From: a virus
DNA length: 64,000 bases
Virus record (IMG/VR): IMGVR_UViG_3300030109_006363
Span: 4,713 to 68,712 of that record
Strand: one strand, 5' to 3'
Part shown: in pieces, positions 57,823-64,000 of the stretch
How positions within the stretch are numbered: the first letter of the stretch is position 1
Layout: each line of letters starts with the position of its first letter
Made by a program: the position numbers and the translations under genes
The notes under the pieces: model-generated
What the model was told of the DNA's origin: nothing
Database searches by the model: none
Seen by the model: only the letters and a program-made list of their open reading frames with translations

Positions 57823-58548
57823 GTGAAGATAAAGTTTGATGAAGCGTCTCATACCTATACGCATAAAGATACTGATGAAAAGTTTATTTCTGTAACTACT
57901 CTACTTGGAAAGTATAAACAACCCTTTGATAGAGAGGGTCACTCTAAGAGAGTAGCTGATAGGGAAGGTATATCTCAAGAGTTAGTCTTAGAGATGTGGG
58001 AAAAAGAAAAGGTAAGAGCTTGTAACCGAGGTACTGATATTCATAAAATATTAGAAGATTATATTAGCTTTGGTGATGTAAGAGAGAATTATAGTTGGTT
58101 GTGTAAATCATATGATAAAGCAGCAGAACGTTCTATTGATTCATTTAAAAATGTTCTTTGTGAGAATTTGCTTTATGATGAAGAGTTTAAGATAGCTGGT
58201 ACAGCAGATTTAATTTATGAACATAAAAATGAATTTACTATTGGAGATTTTAAGACTAATAAACGTTTTAGATTTAGCTCACCATATAGTGAAAGATTAA
58301 AAGACCCTATAAGTCATTTACATAACTGTGAGTTTAACTTATATGGATTACAGCTATCGCTTTATGCTTATCTCTATGAAAGAATGACTAGTAAGAGGTG
58401 TAGAAAGTGTGTTATCTATTACTTAAAAGATGATAGATTTTTATCTTATCATGTAAATTATATGAAAGCTGAAGTTGAAGCTATCTTAGCTAGTATGCAA
58501 AAGAGCGGAGCAGAAGTCCCAGTTAACAATATCGAAAAACTTGCTTAG
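57823..58548 (+). CDS. PD-(D/E)xK exonuclease
   Basis: FDEASHTY, SVTTLL, RGTDIHKILE, IAGTADL, IGDFKTN, QLSLY. Confidence 0.85.
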   Translation: MKIKFDEASHTYTHKDTDEKFISVTTLLGKYKQPFDREGHSKRVADREGISQELVLEMWEKEKVRACNRGTDIHKILEDYISFGDVRENYSWLCKSYDKAAERSIDSFKNVLCENLLYDEEFKIAGTADLIYEHKNEFTIGDFKTNKRFRFSSPYSERLKDPISHLHNCEFNLYGLQLSLYAYLYERMTSKRCRKCVIYYLKDDRFLSYHVNYMKAEVEAILASMQKSGAEVPVNNIEKLA

Positions 58549-59112
58549 CCATTCTTTTCTATCCGGTCCATACATTAGGTAGTAGCTATGTTCCCATACA
58601 TCTACTCCTAAGACTGGCTTACCCATACCATGCATTAAAGGATTATCTTGATTAGGCGTCTTTGCTAAATCTAATCTTCCATCCTTTTCAACTAACCACC
58701 CCCAACCGGAGCCAAATTGACTAGCTGCATTGTCAATAAATTCTTTTTTGAATTTAGCATATGTACCAAAGCGCTTTTTTATTCTATCAGCTATTTCACC
58801 GTTAAAATCGCTTCCTCCAGGCTTCATCATGTTAAAGAATAACTGATGATTATAAGCACCGCCGGCGTTGTCTCTTACCTTATCATTATATTTGTTTATA
58901 TTCTTTACAAGCTCTACTAACGGTATTTTTCTTCTTACTCCCATAGCTGCATTTAATTTTTTAACGTAACCTTTGTAGTGTTTGTTAAAATGAAAGTCTG
59001 TAGTTTGTTTATTTACTACGGGCTCTAAAGCATTTAATTTATAAGGTAAGTTTATAGGCTTATAAGGACCAACTTTCTCTAAAATTAAGTTTACTTCTTC
59101 TAAGAACGACAT
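58486..59112 (-). CDS. sodA: Fe/Mn superoxide dismutase (Mn-type signature)
   Basis: LPY..NALEP, HFNKHYKGY, NAGGAYNH, FGSGWGWL, PNQDNP, DVWEHSYY. Confidence 0.93.
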   Translation of the reverse strand: MSFLEEVNLILEKVGPYKPINLPYKLNALEPVVNKQTTDFHFNKHYKGYVKKLNAAMGVRRKIPLVELVKNINKYNDKVRDNAGGAYNHQLFFNMMKPGGSDFNGEIADRIKKRFGTYAKFKKEFIDNAASQFGSGWGWLVEKDGRLDLAKTPNQDNPLMHGMGKPVLGVDVWEHSYYLMYGPDRKEWLSKFFDIVNWDFCSALLHTS

Positions 59113-59140
59113 TAATTATATTTAATAAATAAATAGGAAT

Positions 59141-59347
59141 ATGAAACGAAATTCTCTACTTAAAAAGTTTGATGAAGAAACTGAAAATCTATGGGAGCAA
59201 CTTTACAGAATTAAAGAATTATTAGAAAACACAGAAGACTTTGAACTGTCAGATTTAGCAAATAAATTCTTAGATCAAATAGCTAATGCTATAGAAGAAG
59301 ATGACATTACAGTAGAGGATATAAGAGAAAGAATACTACTTGATTAA
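59141..59347 (+). CDS. Small acidic late protein
   Basis: 68 aa; TAAATA 5 nt upstream. Confidence 0.6.
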   Translation: MKRNSLLKKFDEETENLWEQLYRIKELLENTEDFELSDLANKFLDQIANAIEEDDITVEDIRERILLD

Positions 59348-59375
59348 TTAAAATATGGCCTATAATTAGATAGGC

Positions 59376-60416
59376 ATGCGTATAGAAACTGAGCTAAAGT
59401 ATGATTTTGATGATGTATTGATTCGTCCAAAAAGATCGACATTAACATCTAGAAAAGAGGTTGATTTAACTAGAGCATTTAGATTTAAATACGGTGGTTC
59501 ATATCATGGTATACCAGTTATGGCTGCTAATATGGACGGTGTTGGTACATTAGAGGTAGGAAGAACCTTAAGTGACTTAGATCTCTTTACTTGTTATAAG
59601 AAGAATATTGATCAAGATGACCTAATTGAAGAGCTTAAAGACAATCATGGTAAACATGTAGCTGTTACAGTAGGTAGAAGTCATTATGATTATGATACCT
59701 TGTCTATTATTAATAAAAAGGTACCGATACGTAATATTTGTATTGATGTAGCAAATGGTTACTCTCAGGCATTTGTAAGTTGTGTGAGGGTAGTAAGAAA
59801 AATGTTTCCTAAGAGTAATATTATTGCAGGTAATGTTGTAACAGGTGAAATGGTAGAAGAGCTACTTTTAGCTGGAGCTGATATTGTTAAAGTAGGTATT
59901 GGTTCAGGTAGTGTATGTACAACTAGAATAAAAACAGGAGTAGGGTATCCACAGTTTAGTTGTATTGCTGAATGTGCTGACGCTGCTCATGGTTTAGATG
60001 GTCATATTATTGCTGATGGGGGATGTACAACGCCGGGTGATGTAGCTAAAGCGTTTGGAGCTGGAGCTGATTTTGTTATGCTAGGTTCTATGTTAGCTGG
60101 GTCAACTGAAGGCGGTGGTGAAAGGATTACAATTGATGATAAAGAGTATGTTGAGTTCTATGGAATGAGCAGTAAGAAGGCAAATGAAAAGCATAACGGG
60201 GGACTAAAGGACTATAGAACTTCAGAAGGACGTAGAGTGGTTCTTCCATATAAAGGTCCTATGCGTTATATTGTTCAAGATATTTTAGGAGGCATTAGAA
60301 GTACATGCACATATGTAGGAGCTGCTAAGCTTAAGCATCTGAGTAAATGCGCTACGTTTGTTAGATGTACTAAGACGCATAGTAAAATATATGAGCCTAA
60401 CACCCTAGAGATTTAA
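59376..60416 (+). CDS. guaC: GMP reductase
   Basis: DVLIRPKRS, AANMDGVG, DVANGY, KVGIGSGSVCTTR, ADGG, FYGMSS, YRTSEG, GGIRSTCTYVGA; lacks CBS domains. Confidence 0.92.
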   Translation: MRIETELKYDFDDVLIRPKRSTLTSRKEVDLTRAFRFKYGGSYHGIPVMAANMDGVGTLEVGRTLSDLDLFTCYKKNIDQDDLIEELKDNHGKHVAVTVGRSHYDYDTLSIINKKVPIRNICIDVANGYSQAFVSCVRVVRKMFPKSNIIAGNVVTGEMVEELLLAGADIVKVGIGSGSVCTTRIKTGVGYPQFSCIAECADAAHGLDGHIIADGGCTTPGDVAKAFGAGADFVMLGSMLAGSTEGGGERITIDDKEYVEFYGMSSKKANEKHNGGLKDYRTSEGRRVVLPYKGPMRYIVQDILGGIRSTCTYVGAAKLKHLSKCATFVRCTKTHSKIYEPNTLEI

Positions 60417-61273
60417 TGAAGAAGATACTAATATTAGGATATGGATATGTTGGAGGTTACCTCTATACTGAGCTTAAAAAGAAACATGACGTAGTTATTG
60501 TCAGGAAGGAATTTTTAGATTACACTAACTCTAAAGATCTAATTAAATTTCTTTGTAGTTCAAAATTTGATTATGTTATAAATGCTTTTGGCTTTACTGG
60601 AAGACCTAATGTAGATCAAGGTGAGTTAGAGCCTGAATTATGTTACGAATTAAATACTTTTGCTCCTTTACGGGTTAGTACTATATGCCAATGTTTAGGA
60701 ATAAATTATATTCATATCTCCTCAGGGTGTATTTATACAGGATACGAAAAGATGTATAATGAAGATGATGAGCCTAACTTTGGTCTTTATAATAAAGAAT
60801 CTTCAACGTACTCTAAAAGTAAACATGCTTATGAATTAGGAAGTGATTATGGTTTAATTTTAAGAGTTAGAATGCCTTTTTGTGATAAGCTTCATGAAAG
60901 GTCTTATCTTACAAAGATTAAAAAATATAATAATTTGATTAATCTTGTTAATTCAAAAACTTATATTCCTCAACTAGTTCTCTTTATGAATAATATTATT
61001 AGCGATGGACGTGAAACTAAAGAGAAAGATATTGTAAATTTTGTACAACCCGATGCGCTATCAACTGATGGTATTACTGATCTAATGAAAACATATAAAT
61101 TAGGTAACCCTGATTGGGATTGGGTTCAATTTGAAGAATTAAACTGTAGAGCAAATAGATCTAATTGCGTATTAGATACTTTAAAACTAGGTACTAAATA
61201 TGACTTCTACCCAGTTAGTGAAGAGGTTGCTATTCGCGGAGCGTTGAATAAGATAATAAAGGATGAAGAGTGA
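60416..61273 (+). CDS. NDP-4-keto-6-deoxyglucose 3,5-epimerase/4-reductase (RmlD-fold, NRS/ER-like)
   Basis: GYGYVG, TGRPNVD, SSGCIY, YSKSK, LRVRMP, RSNCVLD. Confidence 0.8.
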   Translation: MKKILILGYGYVGGYLYTELKKKHDVVIVRKEFLDYTNSKDLIKFLCSSKFDYVINAFGFTGRPNVDQGELEPELCYELNTFAPLRVSTICQCLGINYIHISSGCIYTGYEKMYNEDDEPNFGLYNKESSTYSKSKHAYELGSDYGLILRVRMPFCDKLHERSYLTKIKKYNNLINLVNSKTYIPQLVLFMNNIISDGRETKEKDIVNFVQPDALSTDGITDLMKTYKLGNPDWDWVQFEELNCRANRSNCVLDTLKLGTKYDFYPVSEEVAIRGALNKIIKDEE

Positions 61274-61703
61274 AACTGTAGGGTTTACTGCGGGTAGTTT
61301 TGATTTATTGCACCCAGGTTACATTTATACTTTTGAAGAAGCTAAAAGACATTGTGATAGGTTTTTAGTTTTCTTACAAAAAGACCCTTCTGCTACTCGC
61401 TATACAAAATACAAGCCTGTCATACCTTACTATGAAAGATATAAAACGTTAATGGCTATTCAATATATTGATGAAGTATATATGTATCAAACAGAAGAAG
61501 AATTATATGATTTAATAAAATTCTTTAGACCTGATATTAGAATACTAGGAGAAGATTATATTGGTAAGCCTTTTACAGGAGATGATTTACCTCCAAAAGT
61601 AATTTATACTACTAGATCACATGAGTGGTCTACTACGAGAATAAAAGATTTGATTACATTACAAACTATTAAACAGAATCCTGATATTGTTAAAAAGAAA
61701 TGA
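61263..61703 (+). CDS. Cytidylyltransferase (TagD/RfaE-like)
   Basis: GSFDLLHPGY, KP...ER, GEDY, RSHEWSTT. Confidence 0.85.
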   Translation: MKSETVGFTAGSFDLLHPGYIYTFEEAKRHCDRFLVFLQKDPSATRYTKYKPVIPYYERYKTLMAIQYIDEVYMYQTEEELYDLIKFFRPDIRILGEDYIGKPFTGDDLPPKVIYTTRSHEWSTTRIKDLITLQTIKQNPDIVKKK

Positions 61704-62680
61704 GTACATATGTAGTAACAGGCGGTTGTGGCTTTATAGGGTCATATGTAATGAAAGAGCTTCTTAAAAGTAAAGATAAAGATTTATTTATTTACAATAT
61801 TGATAAGATGGGTGTAGGCTCTTCTGAAGAAAATATTATTGAAGATAAGAGAGTGCAAAATCATTTTATTGATATAGCTAATGATGAGCATTGGAGATTG
61901 AACATGGCCAACCCTTTAGAATTTATTAATAAGGATGTAAATTATGTTATCCATCTAGCAGCTGAGTCACATGTAGATAGATCAATTGATAATCCTCTTT
62001 CATTCGTTAATAGTAATTTAGTAGGCACGGCTAAAATATTAGAACTAGCCCGTAAACATAATAGTAGAATGGTTCATGTATCTACTGATGAAGTATACGG
62101 TCATTTAGGAGAAAAAGATCCTCCGTTCTCCGAAGATAGTCCTTTAGCTCCTCGCTCACCTTATTCTTCTACAAAAGCAGGGTCAGATCTCTTAGTTCAA
62201 TCATACATAACTACTTTTGGTATTGATGCGTCAATAACTAGATGCTGTAATAATTTTGGACCAAGACAAGGAGATGAGAAACTAATACCAACTGTAATCA
62301 GATCAATTGTTCAAGGAAATAAAGTACCGGTATATGGAACAGGAAAGAATATTCGCGAATGGATTCATGCAGAAGATCATGCTAAAGCTATTATAGAAGT
62401 ATTGCATGATGATGTACCTGCTAATGTTTATAACATTCCAGGTAATCTTGTTTGTAATAATTTAGATCTAATTAAAAAGGTAATAAAAGAGATTGAACAT
62501 CAATTCCCATCATTAAAAAGAAAGAAGAGTGATTACATAGAGCTTGTTTCAGATAGAAAAGGACATGATTTTAAATATCAACTTAGTACCAATCATAATT
62601 TATCTGCTGTAAAGAGGCAAAAGAAGTTTAGTCTATCTCAAACAGTAAAATATTATATTAACAAGTATAGACCTAACTAA
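61700..62680 (+). CDS. rmlB: dTDP/UDP-glucose 4,6-dehydratase
   Basis: TGGCGFIG, AAESHVDRSI, STDEVYG, SPYSSTK, NNFGPRQ..EKLIP, REWIH, DRKGHD. Confidence 0.92.
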   Translation: MSTYVVTGGCGFIGSYVMKELLKSKDKDLFIYNIDKMGVGSSEENIIEDKRVQNHFIDIANDEHWRLNMANPLEFINKDVNYVIHLAAESHVDRSIDNPLSFVNSNLVGTAKILELARKHNSRMVHVSTDEVYGHLGEKDPPFSEDSPLAPRSPYSSTKAGSDLLVQSYITTFGIDASITRCCNNFGPRQGDEKLIPTVIRSIVQGNKVPVYGTGKNIREWIHAEDHAKAIIEVLHDDVPANVYNIPGNLVCNNLDLIKKVIKEIEHQFPSLKRKKSDYIELVSDRKGHDFKYQLSTNHNLSAVKRQKKFSLSQTVKYYINKYRPN

Positions 62681-63143
62681 CTTTAAAAAACTTTAAGAAC
62701 ATTTCTTCTTCTGTCATTTCTTCTTCCACGAAGTCATCATTACTCTCTTCTGTATCTCCATAATAACCGTAAATGTCATCCTCTTCTACTGAATAATCAA
62801 ATGACTTAGAAGTTGTAGTAGTATCAAATTTATCTCTCATTGCGGAAATAATTACACTCTTAATATTATTTGCACTTTCATCTGATTTGGCTCTCTTTAG
62901 AAAATCTTTAATATCGCTTTCTTTAAACTTTCCTTCTAATGATTTGAAAGGATCATCATAAGCATTCCAAATATGTAATACTAAGAACTTTGTAGTAATT
63001 AATGCACAGTCTCTAATAACATAATAGGCTGATTTATTTTTAATCTCTATTCCAATATCTGGTTTTTTATATGCACGTTCCGCTGGAGCTAACAGTCTTT
63101 TTTGCTTTTCGGAACTATTTTCTAGTATAATATCTTCTAACAT
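62673..63143 (-). CDS. Late acidic hypothetical protein
   Basis: TAAATA 6 nt upstream of ATG 63143; N-terminus MLEDIILE. Confidence 0.6.
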   Translation of the reverse strand: MLEDIILENSSEKQKRLLAPAERAYKKPDIGIEIKNKSAYYVIRDCALITTKFLVLHIWNAYDDPFKSLEGKFKESDIKDFLKRAKSDESANNIKSVIISAMRDKFDTTTTSKSFDYSVEEDDIYGYYGDTEESNDDFVEEEMTEEEMFLKFFKVS

Positions 63144-63167
63144 CATTAATATTTAGTGGAAAAGGAA

Positions 63168-63183
63168 GGAACTACCTTATAAT
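63168..63183 (+). promoter_or_regulatory. GGAACT-N4-TATAAT candidate promoter
   Basis: GGAACTACCTTATAAT, 7 nt before ATG 63191. Confidence 0.5.
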
Positions 63184-63190
63184 TATTATT

Positions 63191-63379
63191 ATGAAGAGGC
63201 GCAGACCGCCAATAAAACCCTTTGAATATGGAAAATTTATTATCGAATATCGAGAATCGGTATCTGGTCTGCTTCGCTTTCATAAGGAACGCATCGATAA
63301 TTATGAAGATGCTAAAAAAATTAGAGATAAACTCTTATCAGAAGGAGTTGATAAACCGGTTATTAAAAGAGTAGGATGA
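63191..63379 (+). CDS. Small basic hypothetical protein
   Basis: 62 aa ORF. Confidence 0.55.
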   Translation: MKRRRPPIKPFEYGKFIIEYRESVSGLLRFHKERIDNYEDAKKIRDKLLSEGVDKPVIKRVG

Positions 63380-63825
63380 TAAAATTCTATCCATCAAAAC
63401 GGATAATAAAAGAAACTAAACTAGACTTCGAATTACTAGGAAAAATTTGTACTGATATATTTGAAAGAGGCTTTGATAAAAAGATCAATATTGAATGTAA
63501 GGTATGGAAGAGTAAAGTAAAGGAACAATCTACTATGGAGCGAACTAAAGGCAGATGTCATTACCTAATGGATCTTGATACAGAAGGAAATAGACGATAT
63601 GTATTTGGAAGTATACTTCATGAACTTAGGCATGCCTTTCAAGAGTATGTTTTTAACTTTACTACAGTAGCTAGATTTGCATCCTACAGTGCTTATTACA
63701 ATTCTAAAGAAGAGAAAGATGCTAGAAAGCAAGAGAAGTTGACTACTGAGGTTATGAAGATTTACGATTCATTCAAGAAAGCTGAAGAAAAATTTGAAAG
63801 ATTTAACCTAAAGGAACTAGGTTAA
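63376..63825 (+). CDS. HExxH putative zinc metallopeptidase-like protein
   Basis: ILHELRHAFQ ... Y...KEEKDAR. Confidence 0.6.
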   Translation: MIKFYPSKRIIKETKLDFELLGKICTDIFERGFDKKINIECKVWKSKVKEQSTMERTKGRCHYLMDLDTEGNRRYVFGSILHELRHAFQEYVFNFTTVARFASYSAYYNSKEEKDARKQEKLTTEVMKIYDSFKKAEEKFERFNLKELG

Positions 63826-63828
63826 AAT
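63813..63828 (+). promoter_or_regulatory. GGAACT-N4-TAAAAT candidate promoter
   Basis: GGAACTAGGTTAAAAT upstream of an A-rich leader and ATG 63863. Confidence 0.45.
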
Positions 63829-63862
63829 AAGAGGGTAGAACAAACAAAAACAAAACAAAAAA

Positions 63863-64000
63863 ATGGGATTCTTAACAGAAATCGAAACGCTAGAAGAAGT
63901 ACCTCGCTTTGAGGTAAATAAAGTGCCGCTTAAAAATGATCGCGGCGAACATAACGGAGTATTCGCTCTTGAACGCTCTGATAACGGCGCACACCTCGGT
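63863..64000 (+). CDS. 3' truncated ORF, possibly DUF932-like
   Basis: MGFLTEIETLEEVPRFEVNKVPLKNDRGEHNGVFALERSDNGAHLG, open to window end. Confidence 0.5.
   Translation, partial: MGFLTEIETLEEVPRFEVNKVPLKNDRGEHNGVFALERSDNGAHLG

Noticed and set aside
1-64000. Alternative genetic code, introns/inteins, tRNAs
   Set aside because: Core genes (gp41, gp17, gp18, gp44, gp61) are full length and uninterrupted in the standard code with very dense packing; no intergenic space or cloverleaf seen.

Overview
AT-rich 64 kb segment of a large T4-like (contractile-tailed, T4-supergroup) dsDNA bacteriophage using the standard genetic code. It contains a replication block (gp41 helicase, DHH/DHHA1 protein, probable gp59, gp32, gp45, RNase H, gp61 primase; gp44 and dUTPase further on), a long minus-strand tail/baseplate block (fibres with collar domains, gp6, gp25, gp53, hub, gp26-like, gp19, gp18, gp3), gp17 and a probable gp16, gp14, and auxiliary genes (Fe/Mn SOD, GMP reductase, NDP-rhamnose enzymes, cytidylyltransferase, two glycosyltransferases, a Pol-beta nucleotidyltransferase). 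Capsid, portal and DNA polymerase genes are not in the window; no tRNA, CRISPR or mobile element was seen. The most striking pattern is regulatory: about 25 genes carry a TAAATA box 5-6 nt upstream of the start codon with no Shine-Dalgarno, implying gene-by-gene leaderless late transcription. This includes a duplicated symmetric bidirectional cassette and an in-frame nested start. Several late proteins, including the SOD, begin with T4-like capsid-targeting/(I/L)xE leaders, suggesting enzymes packaged in the virion. A lectin-like gene coupled to a mucin-linked trypsin-like protease, a shared C-terminal LCEDE(G)ECxxLxF tag and a plant/giant-virus-type two-enzyme rhamnose pathway are also notable. 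All calls come from motif recognition by eye, without database searches.
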